DNA from: an uncultured Bdellovibrionales bacterium
Lineage (GTDB): Bacteria > Bdellovibrionota_C > UBA2361 > JBGSMV01
Direction: 5' to 3'
Length of the DNA stretch: 57,434 bases
Assembly: GCA_964631745.1 (NCBI GenBank)
Contig: CAZVWV010000003.1
Span: forward strand, 1 to 57,434
The notes under the pieces are model-generated. The model had not been told where the DNA came from and made no database searches. It saw only the letters and a program-made list of their open reading frames with translations. The position numbers and the translations under genes are program-made. Numbering within the stretch: position 1 is the stretch's first letter; every line of letters begins with the position of its first letter. Shown here piece after piece: positions 27,423 through 37,576 of this stretch.

Positions 27423-28874
27423 TTACTGTAAAGGTTTATACACCGCCAGACCAAGACTGCGCTTAATATCGTTAAGTTTAGCGGTTACGTGGCCATAGAA
27501 CCACTGTGAATCCCACCATTCGCGCGCATCCACGGGCACGCCGTGTACCCGCAGCTCGTAGTAAAGTTTGTTGCCCGTGCCAAGACCGGTATTTCCGACA
27601 GTGCCTATCTTTTGTCCGATCTGCACGGCCTCACCCTTATTGACTGAGGCAGTATCCAAAAAGCCGTATACCGACATCAGTCCTAGTCCGTGATCTATGC
27701 CAATTGTGCGACCGTATACTCCGATGTTTTCGGAAAAGGCCACGATACCTCCGTTCACGGCGAAGACGTCCGCCTTATCGTGAGGCATTAAGAATTGATA
27801 CCCTTTGCGTTTATTGGTGCCAACGCTGATTCCTTCCAATGTGTAAGTTACGTTATCCCCAAATGCTCCTACTATTGAACCGGGGTGCTGCATAAAAGGC
27901 CCGTTCCAATAACGCTCAAATCTTGGACCGTTTAGGAGCGCCATTAGCTCGTTTTCGTTGGCCTGCCTGAGCTCCTTATTCACCAAACGAAACTGCTCAA
28001 CCAAACGATCCATTCCGCCCACAGCAGTTTCGTACTGATACTGCGCCTCTGTGGCCGTGCGGAACTTAGTGAAGTTGTCATCCGCCAGCCGCGCGATGCG
28101 GTCACGTAGGTAATCTTCGGTTAATTTGAAAGTTGCCTCCCTGAAAGTGCGCTTTCCGATTCTATTGTTAAACGAGGTTGAGACGGCATTTCCTACGGCG
28201 TCTTCCGCAAACACTCTGACTGACGAGTCTTCCGAGGCCTGTTGCAAATCGATAGCATAAATAGCAGCAAACACCCGTGGGTCGGTGATGCTAGGGTCTA
28301 GTCCTCGCGCCGGATATCCAAGAAAACTCTGGTTTCCGACACGCACGCCGGAGACCGCTAAAGATTCATCGTACGCTTTATATATGATCAACTGTGAGCC
28401 GCCGATGGTGGCGTTGTGAAAGGCGGTGAGCACTTCGATCTTTGGGCGACGATAGTCGATCACCAACGGAATAGTGACTTCGGCCGAGTTGCTCCAAAGA
28501 CTTCGATCGAAGGCTTTAACTTCAATCGTGGCGCTGCCCTCCTCAAGTTCAAGGGTGTCCTGTTTCAACTCCAGCGAAAGTTCCTCCGACTTGGCCCCGC
28601 GCAGCTCTTTCCGAATAAAATCGCGAGAGCTCCCTTTTTGACTGAGGCGCACGACCAGCTCGTCCAGTCCGGAGCTCTCGTCGTTAATTCGTAGTTGCAG
28701 CGTCACCGGAATTAAGCCAAGCCCGCGGGGAACTTCGATGGGAGTTATGATCGGTGGATTGTTCTCAAGCACGGCCTCATACAGGTCGCGCCATCCGGCT
28801 AGACCGAGCGGAATCAAGGCGCCAAGCAGGGCCAAGAAAAATAGAAACTTTAGCGATACAATTCTACTGCTCAT
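27423..28874 (-). CDS. M23/LytM-fold protein with degenerate Zn ligands
   Basis: GRTIGIDHGLGLMSVY, V..G..V..GQKIG.VG.TG; HxxxD and HxH motifs absent. Confidence 0.8.
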   Translation of the reverse strand: MSSRIVSLKFLFFLALLGALIPLGLAGWRDLYEAVLENNPPIITPIEVPRGLGLIPVTLQLRINDESSGLDELVVRLSQKGSSRDFIRKELRGAKSEELSLELKQDTLELEEGSATIEVKAFDRSLWSNSAEVTIPLVIDYRRPKIEVLTAFHNATIGGSQLIIYKAYDESLAVSGVRVGNQSFLGYPARGLDPSITDPRVFAAIYAIDLQQASEDSSVRVFAEDAVGNAVSTSFNNRIGKRTFREATFKLTEDYLRDRIARLADDNFTKFRTATEAQYQYETAVGGMDRLVEQFRLVNKELRQANENELMALLNGPRFERYWNGPFMQHPGSIVGAFGDNVTYTLEGISVGTNKRKGYQFLMPHDKADVFAVNGGIVAFSENIGVYGRTIGIDHGLGLMSVYGFLDTASVNKGEAVQIGQKIGTVGNTGLGTGNKLYYELRVHGVPVDAREWWDSQWFYGHVTAKLNDIKRSLGLAVYKPLQ

Positions 28875-28876
28875 TT

Positions 28877-29989
28877 TTACTGTTCATTCAACTTTCTCAA
28901 GTCTTGTGCTACATCACCACCCAGTTTGCTTTTCAAGAATCTAACTAAATTGTCACGGGTCCTGTTTTCAAGCTGGCGCACCCTTTCCTTACTAATCTTT
29001 AATTTATCCGAAAGTTCCTGCAATGTGGACTTTTCCTCTGCCAGTATTCTAGCCTCAAAAATGTCGCGTTCCCGCGCATTCAAACTATCGGCAAATTCTT
29101 TAATCCCCTCAAGGAAGGCTTCTCTAAGCTCCTTGGTGGCAATTAGCTGCTCAGCGTTCAGTCCCTGGGCTGGCAGTAACGACATTAGCGTTGAATCTGA
29201 ATCGGCTTGCATAGGCGCATCGATACTAAGGTCTGAGCCTGCCAGCCGCTGCTCCATCTCGACAATATCGCTCTCTTTCACCTCGAGCCGTTCTGCTAAC
29301 AACTTAGGGCCAGGATAAAACCCTTCCTGCTCTAAGCGATCTTTCTCCTTTTTGAGGTTAAAGAAAAGTTTGCGTTGTGCCTGCGTGGTGCCGATACGCA
29401 CTAGCCGCCAATTGGCCATGATATAGCGGATAATGTAGGCTTTAATCCACCAGATTGCATAAGAGGGAAATCTAACGTTTCTGTAAGGGTCGAAGTTCTT
29501 TACGGCCTCCATAAGTCCGATATTTCCCTCTTGAATCAGATCCAACAAGCTCCTGGCGGCTTTTTCATATTCGCGCGCGATCTTTACCACCAGGATCAAG
29601 TTGCGAGTTACCAGTTGAAAGGCCGCTTCTTTATCCTGTTCATGGAAGAACTTAAGCGCCAGATCGCGCTCATCCTCTTTAGAGAGTGGCGTATACTGAC
29701 TAATCTCCCGAAGATAAGCCGCTAAGCCATCATATGGAATAATATCCTTGACCGCGTCTTTCTTTATTGGAGTGGGTTCTGCTGCCTCCGGTTCTAGAAG
29801 AGTAAGATCGTTGTCGGTCACCTGAACTAAATCTTCAGGTGGCAGCACTTCGATATCATCTATGACAGTGCCGATTACAGTGCCGATTCCAGTGCCGATT
29901 ACAGTGCCGAGCGGCTGGGGTGAGCCTAAGTGCTCGTTCTTCTCCGTCTTATCGGTGCCGCCGGGTGTTTTCTTCCGTTTTAAAGCCAT
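28877..29989 (-). CDS. rpoH: RNA polymerase sigma factor, RpoH (sigma32) family
   Basis: DLIQEGNIGLMEAV, YAIWWIKAYI, RpoH box QAQRKLFFNL, ISKERVRQLE. Confidence 0.88.
   Translation of the reverse strand: MALKRKKTPGGTDKTEKNEHLGSPQPLGTVIGTGIGTVIGTVIDDIEVLPPEDLVQVTDNDLTLLEPEAAEPTPIKKDAVKDIIPYDGLAAYLREISQYTPLSKEDERDLALKFFHEQDKEAAFQLVTRNLILVVKIAREYEKAARSLLDLIQEGNIGLMEAVKNFDPYRNVRFPSYAIWWIKAYIIRYIMANWRLVRIGTTQAQRKLFFNLKKEKDRLEQEGFYPGPKLLAERLEVKESDIVEMEQRLAGSDLSIDAPMQADSDSTLMSLLPAQGLNAEQLIATKELREAFLEGIKEFADSLNARERDIFEARILAEEKSTLQELSDKLKISKERVRQLENRTRDNLVRFLKSKLGGDVAQDLRKLNEQ
29865..29910. repeat. 12-bp tandem repeat x3.8, in frame in the rpoH N-terminus
   Basis: ACAGTGCCGATT units encoding GTVI/GTGI. 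Confidence 0.85.
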
Positions 29990-30189
29990 ATCTGAATCTC
30001 TAGTACTCTTGGGATATTAGCACGAGAAGCCCTAAATCATCCACAACCCGCAAAGATTTCAAGTTCTTATACCGATGTGCCGAATATTGTCACAGTAGAG
30101 CAAAATTCGTCTTAGTCTGCCTAGCCGAGTTTTGGATTGTTACTAGCCTTCAATAAGGCACTGTAAAGGCATCGTGCACAGGGATTTTA

Positions 30190-31884
30190 ATGTCTTCTAG
30201 AGTTGGCGAGTTACTGGTCAGAGCCGGTCTGGTTTCGCCCGATCAGCTCAGCAAAGCGCAAGAGGCCGCCAAGGCCAGCGGCGTCTTCGTCGGCACGCAG
30301 CTGGTGTCGTTAGGATTCATTTCGCAAGACGACCTGCTGCAAACAATTAGTCAGCAGTATGGTGTCCCCATCATTCAATTGCTCGATTATCAGTTTGATG
30401 AAAATGTACTGCAGTTAATCCCCCAAAATCTTGCCACCAAGCATCATCTCATACCGATTGTACGCAAAGACGCCACGCTTACGGTCGCTATGGTGGATCC
30501 CACCAATATTGTGGCGCTAAATGATGTCAAGTTTATTACCGGCTTGGATATTCAAGTAGCGCTAACTTCAGAGGCGGAGATCAAAAACGCCTTCGAGAAA
30601 TTGTTCGAGAAGAATGTTTCTTACGAAAGCATCATCGGTGACATGGAAGAAACCGATGTCGAGGTCGTACAGGCCGAAGCTGATGTGGATGTCAGCGAAC
30701 TTGAGAAAGCCACCGAAGACGCACCGGTAGTAAAATTAGTGAACGCTGTGCTGACCGATGCAATTAAAAAAGGTGCTAGCGATGTTCATATTGAACCATA
30801 TGAGAAGGTCTTTCGTATCAGATTTCGTATAGATGGTGTTCTGTATGAAATCATGAAGCCTCCTCTAAAGCTTAAGAACGCCATCACTTCGCGCACTAAA
30901 ATCATGGCGGATTTAGACATCGCTGAAAGGCGCTTGCCGCAAGACGGACGTATCAAATTAAAGCTCGGAAACGGACGCGAGATGGATTTCCGGGTAAACG
31001 TTCTGCCCACGTTGTTCGGCGAAAAAGTCGTCATGCGACTTCTAGATAAATCCAACCTACAGCTCGATATGACCAAGTTGGGGTTTGAGACTAGGCAGCT
31101 CGATGATTTTAAGACCGCCATCTCTAAACCTCACGGCATGGTGCTGGTAACCGGCCCAACGGGATCGGGCAAAACCACTACGCTTTACTCAGCTCTGGCG
31201 GAGCTTAATAAAATTACCACCAATATTAGTACAGCTGAGGACCCGGTTGAATTTAATTTAATGGGAATTAACCAGGCACAGATGCAGGAAGAGATAGGTT
31301 TCAATTTTGCATCGGCGCTTCGAGCATTCCTGCGGCAAGATCCCGACGTAATCATGGTCGGTGAGATTCGTGATTATGAAACTGCCGAAATTGCGGTCAA
31401 GGCCTCCCTGACCGGGCATTTAGTGCTTTCAACTTTACATACAAATGATGCCCCATCCACGATTAACCGTTTGCTCAACATGGGCGTGGAGCCGTTCTTG
31501 GTGGCATCATCAGTAAATCTCATCGTGGCGCAACGCTTGGCGCGTCGGGTATGTAGCACCTGCGCCCAAGACACGCAGCTTAATCCGGAAGTATTAGTGA
31601 ACATAGGAATCCCCGCCGAAGAAGCCAGGCTAGTAAAGGTTCGGCAAGGTAAAGGTTGCGACCGATGCGCCGGCACAGGGTACAAAGGCCGAATAGCGCT
31701 GTACGAAGTCATGCCCATGTACGATGAGGTGCGCGAGTTAGTGCTAAACGGGGCCTCATCTGCAGAGATTAAGAGAGAGGCCGCAAAGCTGGGGATGATG
31801 ACCTTAAGGGCTTCGGGGCTTATGCGGTTGAAAGAGGGGGTAACAACAGTCGAAGAAGTGTTGAGAGTTACCGCTGCTGATTAG
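30190..31884 (+). CDS. pilB: Type IV pilus assembly ATPase PilB
   Basis: MshEN-like N-terminus, ASDVHIEP, GPTGSGKT, LRQDPDVIMVGEIRD, LSTLHTND, CxxC...CxxC. Confidence 0.96.
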   Translation: MSSRVGELLVRAGLVSPDQLSKAQEAAKASGVFVGTQLVSLGFISQDDLLQTISQQYGVPIIQLLDYQFDENVLQLIPQNLATKHHLIPIVRKDATLTVAMVDPTNIVALNDVKFITGLDIQVALTSEAEIKNAFEKLFEKNVSYESIIGDMEETDVEVVQAEADVDVSELEKATEDAPVVKLVNAVLTDAIKKGASDVHIEPYEKVFRIRFRIDGVLYEIMKPPLKLKNAITSRTKIMADLDIAERRLPQDGRIKLKLGNGREMDFRVNVLPTLFGEKVVMRLLDKSNLQLDMTKLGFETRQLDDFKTAISKPHGMVLVTGPTGSGKTTTLYSALAELNKITTNISTAEDPVEFNLMGINQAQMQEEIGFNFASALRAFLRQDPDVIMVGEIRDYETAEIAVKASLTGHLVLSTLHTNDAPSTINRLLNMGVEPFLVASSVNLIVAQRLARRVCSTCAQDTQLNPEVLVNIGIPAEEARLVKVRQGKGCDRCAGTGYKGRIALYEVMPMYDEVRELVLNGASSAEIKREAAKLGMMTLRASGLMRLKEGVTTVEEVLRVTAAD

Positions 31885-31908
31885 TCGAATTAGGCAAGGG
31901 AAAGAGAG

Positions 31909-33126
31909 ATGGCAACATACGTTTGGGAAGGGAAGAACGCTCAGGGCAAAAAAGTTCAAGGTGAGCTAGAGGCTAAGTCCACGCAGGCAGTCTTTAACGC
32001 CTTGCGCGCGCAGCGCATCGTGCCCAACGCCAAAACCATCAGAGAGAAGGGCAAAGGGCTCGAGATGGAGATTAAGCTTTTTGGAAAAGCTAAAGTCGCC
32101 TCGAAGGATGTGGTAATCTTCACCCGTCAATTCGCCACCATGATCGATTCCGGTTTGCCGCTAGTGCAGGCCTTAGATATCTTGGCCAAACAGGCCGAGA
32201 ATAAAGCTTTCAAGAATGTGCTTATGGGCGTCAAGGAGTCCGTGGAGAGCGGAGGCACTTTGGCAGACGGCATGGCTAAGTTTCCCAGGGCCTTTGATGA
32301 TCTCTATGTCAACATGATTACTGCCGGTGAGAATGGCGGTATCTTGGACATCATCCTGGAGCGACTTGCAAAGCAGATGGAAAAGAACATGGCGCTTAAA
32401 CGTGAAGTCAAGACAGCCATGATATATCCGGGTGTTGTGATCTCGGCCGCTATAGTCGTCACAACAGTGCTCTTGGTCTTCGTGATTCCGACATTTGCGG
32501 ATCTATTCGCAGATTTTGGCTCGGCCCTGCCGCTTCCGACCCAAATCGTAATCAACATGTCCAACTTTGTGGTTAAATGGTGGTATCTGATAGCAGGAAC
32601 CCTGGGCGGTGGCGGATTTTTTATAGTTAAATTTGCCAAGACCGAACGAGGCAAAGAGGTCATTCATCCTTTGGCGCTTAAGCTCCCAATTTTTGGAGAT
32701 ATCATTAAGAAGGTAGCCGTGGCGCGCTTCACGCGAACGTTGGGCACCATGGTGAGCTCGGGAGTTCCTATCCTAGATGCTCTAAATATCTGCTCAAAAA
32801 CCGCCGGTAATAAAGTAGTTGAAAAAGAGGTTCAGCGCGCTCGTATCAGTATCTCAGAAGGTAAATCTATGATGGAGCCGCTAAGCGAATCGGCCGTGTT
32901 TCCATCGATGGTGGTCTCCATGATCGGTGTGGGCGAGTCCACCGGCGCGCTGGATGCTATGTTGCAAAAGATCGCAGATTTTTACGAGGATGAAGTTGAA
33001 AACGCCGTAACCGCCATGAAGCAATTAATTGAACCGCTTATGATTCTCTTTTTAGGAGCCATCATTGGTGGGCTGGTTATTGCGATGTATCTTCCAATCT
33101 TCAAACTCGGGGCTGCAATTGGATGA
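31909..33126 (+). CDS. pilC: Type IV pilus inner-membrane platform PilC
   Basis: [41 protein letters not shown]. Confidence 0.95.
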   Translation: MATYVWEGKNAQGKKVQGELEAKSTQAVFNALRAQRIVPNAKTIREKGKGLEMEIKLFGKAKVASKDVVIFTRQFATMIDSGLPLVQALDILAKQAENKAFKNVLMGVKESVESGGTLADGMAKFPRAFDDLYVNMITAGENGGILDIILERLAKQMEKNMALKREVKTAMIYPGVVISAAIVVTTVLLVFVIPTFADLFADFGSALPLPTQIVINMSNFVVKWWYLIAGTLGGGGFFIVKFAKTERGKEVIHPLALKLPIFGDIIKKVAVARFTRTLGTMVSSGVPILDALNICSKTAGNKVVEKEVQRARISISEGKSMMEPLSESAVFPSMVVSMIGVGESTGALDAMLQKIADFYEDEVENAVTAMKQLIEPLMILFLGAIIGGLVIAMYLPIFKLGAAIG

Positions 33127-35153
33127 TTCAGAATGAAGCAGGCACAAGCGCCGTCATGCCGCGCATGCAGGTCGGCTGGCTGATAGCCGCGCGCATGGCC
33201 TTAGCCTCATTGGCGTTACTGTATGCTTCCATCCAAAGTGCGGAAGGTCCGGCTCCGCATGCCGCAAACTTTACCACATTCTTTGGGCCCATACTGACCG
33301 TTTACGGAATCTGCGCAGTTAGCGCCTTGTGGCTTAAGTTCTATAAGCCCACGCGTTTGTTCGCTTACGTTCAATTACTTTGCGACGGCTTTTTTGTAAC
33401 GGGACTTATCTACTTGAGCGGAGGGCCAGGCAGTCCCTTTCTGTTTCTCTATCTGCCACACATTATGGCCGCTGCCATCATACTCTCACGTCGAGGAGCC
33501 TTAGCCATAGGCATCCTCGATTTCTGCGTGTACATGGCCTTAGTTTACGGACTTTGGGCGGGTTGGATTGCAGCGCCTTCTAGCGGGACGCTCGTGCTTT
33601 GGCCGCGCGCCGGATTGTTCTATCAGGCCTTAGGACTTGGCTCGGCCATGACTTTAATCGCAATCGCCACTAGTTTTTTGGCGAGAAGGCTGCGCTTTAG
33701 TGACGCAGCGCTTGAAGCCTCCCAACGTGCCCTGGCGCATCTCTCTAACCGGCAAAAGCAGCTTATCAATAATATCCCAGAGGGAGTTATCACAACCAAC
33801 CTAGAGCAAGCCATCACAAGCATTAACCAGGCAGCGCTTGAACTTCTTTCGGTATCGGAACCAGATGCTCTGGGCAGAAAGCTTGAGGAGCTGATCGGTA
33901 ACGCCAGCGCGGATCAAGCCGAACCTTCCAAGATCACGGAGGCAAATGAGGGCGAAGTTAATTTACTCACTCGCTCGGGAGAGAAACTGACCGCAAAGTT
34001 TCAAGCTCAAGAAATAGAGTCCCTTACCGGTGAAAAGATCGGCAAAGTCATCTCTCTGAGAGATGTCTCAAAGTTAAGATTACTTGAAGATAAGTTAGAG
34101 CTGCACGAACGTATGGCCAGACTGCTTGCGGGGGAGGGCCAAGACTCACAGACGCCTGCTATCTTCTCTCACTTTGTGGGTGAGAGCGCTGTGATGCAGA
34201 AGATCTTTAGTTTAATAGCTAGGGTGGCGCAGAGCGATGCCACTGTGTTGATAGACGGAGAATCCGGTACCGGCAAGGAATTAGTCGCGCGCGCTATTCA
34301 TTCCAACGGACCGCGGGCCGAAGAGAACTTTGTGCCGGTAAACTGCGGAGCTATCCCTGAGAATCTGATTGAAAGCGAACTTTTCGGCCACAAGAAGGGA
34401 TCCTTTACCGGCGCGACAGCGGATCACGGAGGCTTGTTTAAGCAGGCAGATAGCGGCACTCTCTTTCTTGACGAGATAGGAGAGCTTCCGCTATCGATGC
34501 AAAGCAAGCTCCTGCGTGCCATCCAAGAGAAGCGCATTCGGCCGGTCGGGGCCGATCAAGATTTCCCCATCAATGTTCGAATCATCGCAGCCACTAATCG
34601 TAACCTAAAAAAAGAAGTGGAGCTCGGACACTTTAGGGAAGATCTCTATTACCGGCTAAACGTGATCCATATAATGTTGCCACCCCTTAGAGATAGAAAG
34701 AGCGATATACCGTTGCTGACAAACTCTATTTTGAGAAGAATTACCCGAGAGGATCGCGTTTCCATTGTGACTCCCGAAGCCATGCAGCTTTTGATGGCCT
34801 ATAACTATCCGGGAAATGTGCGAGAGCTTGAAAATATTTTGGAGCGCGCGCAGGTCATGGGCGGGCATGTGATCTTACCTGAACACTTTCCCGATGCTAT
34901 GCGCCAAGGCCCTAGTGGCGGCGGCTCGGCCCAGCCCGAGACGAGTATTATCATTCAGGACAACATCACCTTCCCCGTTCAGCTGGACGAGCTTTTAAAT
35001 TTGGTGGAACGCAAATACCTCGAAGGGGCCTTGCTCCAGACCGGCGGGGCTAAGAAGAGAGCCGCAACTTTGCTGGGGATGAACTTTCGCTCGTTTAGGT
35101 ACCGTTTACAGAAGTTTGGTATCGGCGACGGCGAGGAGGAAGCTAGCGAGTAG
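33123..35153 (+). CDS. Fusion of PilS-like membrane/PAS sensor and PilR-like sigma54 activator (no kinase, no receiver)
   Basis: N-terminal TMs ([16 protein letters not shown]), PAS ([13 protein letters not shown]), then [36 protein letters not shown] in one frame. Confidence 0.88.
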   Translation: MIQNEAGTSAVMPRMQVGWLIAARMALASLALLYASIQSAEGPAPHAANFTTFFGPILTVYGICAVSALWLKFYKPTRLFAYVQLLCDGFFVTGLIYLSGGPGSPFLFLYLPHIMAAAIILSRRGALAIGILDFCVYMALVYGLWAGWIAAPSSGTLVLWPRAGLFYQALGLGSAMTLIAIATSFLARRLRFSDAALEASQRALAHLSNRQKQLINNIPEGVITTNLEQAITSINQAALELLSVSEPDALGRKLEELIGNASADQAEPSKITEANEGEVNLLTRSGEKLTAKFQAQEIESLTGEKIGKVISLRDVSKLRLLEDKLELHERMARLLAGEGQDSQTPAIFSHFVGESAVMQKIFSLIARVAQSDATVLIDGESGTGKELVARAIHSNGPRAEENFVPVNCGAIPENLIESELFGHKKGSFTGATADHGGLFKQADSGTLFLDEIGELPLSMQSKLLRAIQEKRIRPVGADQDFPINVRIIAATNRNLKKEVELGHFREDLYYRLNVIHIMLPPLRDRKSDIPLLTNSILRRITREDRVSIVTPEAMQLLMAYNYPGNVRELENILERAQVMGGHVILPEHFPDAMRQGPSGGGSAQPETSIIIQDNITFPVQLDELLNLVERKYLEGALLQTGGAKKRAATLLGMNFRSFRYRLQKFGIGDGEEEASE

Positions 35154-35177
35154 AGCCCCTGAAACATCGCCAGCTCC

Positions 35178-35240
35178 GACAAATTGCGTCACTAGTGACG
35201 TGATTTGTCACAAAATGGGGGTGACAAAACCTGTCTTGTC
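35178..35240. promoter_or_regulatory. Candidate upstream activator sites for pilA
   Basis: 32-bp near-palindrome GACAAATTGCGTCACTAGTGACGTGATTTGTC (35178-35209), then GACAAAACCTGTCTTGTC (35223-35240). Confidence 0.55.
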
Positions 35241-35296
35241 CGAGCTAAATCCCTATTTTTCCTTGGCTTATTAAAATATTCTAAACTTTTTTCGTC

Positions 35297-35312
35297 TGGC
35301 ACCCGACTTGCT
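35297..35312 (+). promoter_or_regulatory. Sigma54 -24/-12 promoter of pilA
   Basis: TGGCAC-CCGAC-TTGCT matches TGGCAC-N5-TTGCW. Confidence 0.85.
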
Positions 35313-35440
35313 TTACAGGGAAGCGAAGAGTAACGGTTTGCTCACTTTGCGGGCATTCGACCGGAAATTACACAGTGAATCGTACCTTCAGTTTATACCT
35401 GTTTATTTACTTTAATTATTGGTCAAGGAGAAGTTGGAAA

Positions 35441-35818
35441 ATGAGAAATGAGAAAGGTTTTACTCTGATTGAATTGCTAGTTGTTATAGCGATTATCGGT
35501 ATTTTGGCTGCTATAGCAATTCCACAGTTTGCTGAGTACAGGCAAAGAGGATTTGACGCACGTGCTAAGAGTGATCTTAGAAACGTTGCTGCCGCTGAAG
35601 AGGCATACTTCGCTGATAACGAAGTATACGTCGATTGCAGCGAGTCAGATTGCGCAAGTCTACTTCCTGGGATCTCTGGTCTGTCTGAGGGCGTAACACT
35701 TCAGATTACCGCTGCAACCAGCGCATTTACCGGTTCATCCACCCATCCAAACGGCACTGGTGCGGTTTGCGCCTGGGATAGCAATGCTGGTGGCTTAACA
35801 GGCTGTCCGATTCCTTAA
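35441..35818 (+). CDS. pilA: Type IVa major pilin
   Basis: MRNEKG|FTLIELLVVIAIIGILAAIAIPQF; SD AAGGAG at 35425-35430; four Cys in the globular part. Confidence 0.93.
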   Translation: MRNEKGFTLIELLVVIAIIGILAAIAIPQFAEYRQRGFDARAKSDLRNVAAAEEAYFADNEVYVDCSESDCASLLPGISGLSEGVTLQITAATSAFTGSSTHPNGTGAVCAWDSNAGGLTGCPIP

Positions 35819-35840
35819 TCGTAGCTTGTTTTGTTAACCT

Positions 35841-35873
35841 AAAAGGCTCGGGGGGTAACCCCCGGGCCTTTTT
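35841..35873 (+). terminator. Intrinsic terminator after pilA
   Basis: AAAAGGCTCGGGGG-GTAA-CCCCCGGGCCTTTTT. Confidence 0.85.
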
Positions 35874-35946
35874 CATTTGGAGGCGACGCAAAGGCTTATA
35901 AAAATCTCTTCTGGTCAAGCTAGGCTTACTTCATTACCCTGTCAGC

Positions 35947-36654
35947 ATGCGAGTACTGCTGCTCATCTCTTTATTGATCGCCATAACTGGTTGGGCAGGA
36001 ATAAGACTTGAATCCAAAATGTTTGGGATCTCAAAGGCCGAAGCAAACTCCAATGAGGGACTCTATCTTCCAAAGCTTGCAGCTTTAAACTTTCTAAGTT
36101 TTGGTTATAAGAATGTTTTAGCAGACCTTATCTGGTTTAAGACTATTAGTTATTTCGGAAAGCATTATCAAAGTGACAGGGACTTTACCTATTTATCTCA
36201 CATGTGCGACCTCACCCTAGCTTTAGACCCCAAGATGCGACACGCCTATGAGTTCTGTGGAACTATGTTGGCCTGGGAGGTATCGACTTTCGCTGAAAGT
36301 ATAAAGATCTGGAGTAGGGCCATCGAGGTTTTTCCTTTGGACTGGCGCTATCCCTACTTTCGTGGTTTCACCTATATGTACTTCTTGAAAGATCAGGAGC
36401 GCGCTCGAAACGATTTTATGCTGGCCGCAAAGATTCCGGGGGCTGACCCAATTGTGGCGCGCTTGGCCGCTAAGAAGTTCTTGGATATGAACGATCCAGT
36501 TGCCGCGATCGGTTTTTTATCTGACATTTTAAAACGCACCAACGATCCCGCTCAGCGCGCCGCCTTGATAAGACGCATACAGGAGGCGCAAGTCGAGTTG
36601 CGGAAAAGGGATCTGGCGGCGCAGGAGAACAGCAGGAGGACAGATGAGTTCTGA
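35947..36654 (+). CDS. Pilin-locus TPR-like protein (Myxococcus PilG / Geobacter Xap-like by position)
   Basis: ADLIWFKTISYFG, LDP..R..Y, FPLDWRYPYFRGF TPR-like helices; follows pilA. Confidence 0.7.
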   Translation: MRVLLLISLLIAITGWAGIRLESKMFGISKAEANSNEGLYLPKLAALNFLSFGYKNVLADLIWFKTISYFGKHYQSDRDFTYLSHMCDLTLALDPKMRHAYEFCGTMLAWEVSTFAESIKIWSRAIEVFPLDWRYPYFRGFTYMYFLKDQERARNDFMLAAKIPGADPIVARLAAKKFLDMNDPVAAIGFLSDILKRTNDPAQRAALIRRIQEAQVELRKRDLAAQENSRRTDEF

Positions 36655-37576
36655 GAATCTGGCGTTAGATATTGCGGGCCTATCGTATAGCTACAAAAGC
36701 AACTGGCTTGGCAGATCACAACCAGCCCTTAAGGCCTTCTCGCTTCAGGTGCATACGAATGAGATCTTTGGATTCTTAGGTCATAACGGCGCCGGGAAAA
36801 CCACAACCATCAAGTGTATATTGAACTTAATTAAACCAGGTCAGGGTAGTGTAAAGATTTTTGGTAGAGAATCTTGGCGCGCGGAGTCGCGCGCGCTGGT
36901 CGGGTATCTGCCGGAACAGCCGTATTTTTACGATCATTTAAGCGTAGAGGAACTTTTGCAATTTTACGCGGCCTTGGCCGGCGTGCCGCGCGATGGTCGT
37001 GGTATGCGTGTGCGCGAAGCGCTTGCTCGTGTGGGGATGTCCGAGCGCACCAAAGTGCGTTTGGGTACGTTATCCAAAGGGTTAATTCAACGTGTGGCCT
37101 TGGCCCAGGCCATTGTCGGCCAACCTAAGCTTTTGATCTTAGATGAGCCTTTCTCTGGGCTTGATCCGGTCGGACGAAAACAGTTTCGGGATCTGATAGA
37201 GGAGCTGCGTAACTCGGGCGTTACGGTATTCATGTCCTCGCACGTGCTTAGCGATGTGGAGTATCTCTGTGATCGAGTGTCCATCATGGTCAAGGGAGAG
37301 CTGCGCGGGGTTTATGAGGTCAAAGACCTAGCAAAAGTATCAAACGATGAATGTGAACTAGTTTTAGAGTACTCAGCGGCGCTCGATAATCTCTTGCGTC
37401 CGCTTGCAGGCAAGTACGTTAAACACGGGGCCACCGTCAGTATTGTTTTTGCAAACCGCGATGTGGCCGAGGCTGAACTTAAGCTCCTTATCAACGCGGG
37501 CGCAAGGGTGGTCTCTTTCGGATCAATGAACAATGCCCTGGAAAATCTATTTATGCGTGTTCTACAGGAAGGGTAA
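36644..37576 (+). CDS. ABC transporter ATPase (PilH-like by position)
   Basis: GHNGAGKT, GYLPEQ, LSKG, LILDEP, SSH. Confidence 0.9.
   Translation: MSSENLALDIAGLSYSYKSNWLGRSQPALKAFSLQVHTNEIFGFLGHNGAGKTTTIKCILNLIKPGQGSVKIFGRESWRAESRALVGYLPEQPYFYDHLSVEELLQFYAALAGVPRDGRGMRVREALARVGMSERTKVRLGTLSKGLIQRVALAQAIVGQPKLLILDEPFSGLDPVGRKQFRDLIEELRNSGVTVFMSSHVLSDVEYLCDRVSIMVKGELRGVYEVKDLAKVSNDECELVLEYSAALDNLLRPLAGKYVKHGATVSIVFANRDVAEAELKLLINAGARVVSFGSMNNALENLFMRVLQEG

Noticed and set aside
30157-30170. Sigma54 promoter for pilB (GG-N10-GC)
   Set aside because: AGGCAC...AGGC lacks the TGG and TTGC consensus; too weak to call
35459-35815. Conductive e-pilin
   Set aside because: Aromatics occupy positions 1, 24, 27, 32, 50, 51 and 57, but F/Y/W total only 9 of 119 (7.6%), below the commonly used ~9% rule, and these positions are general to this pilin class
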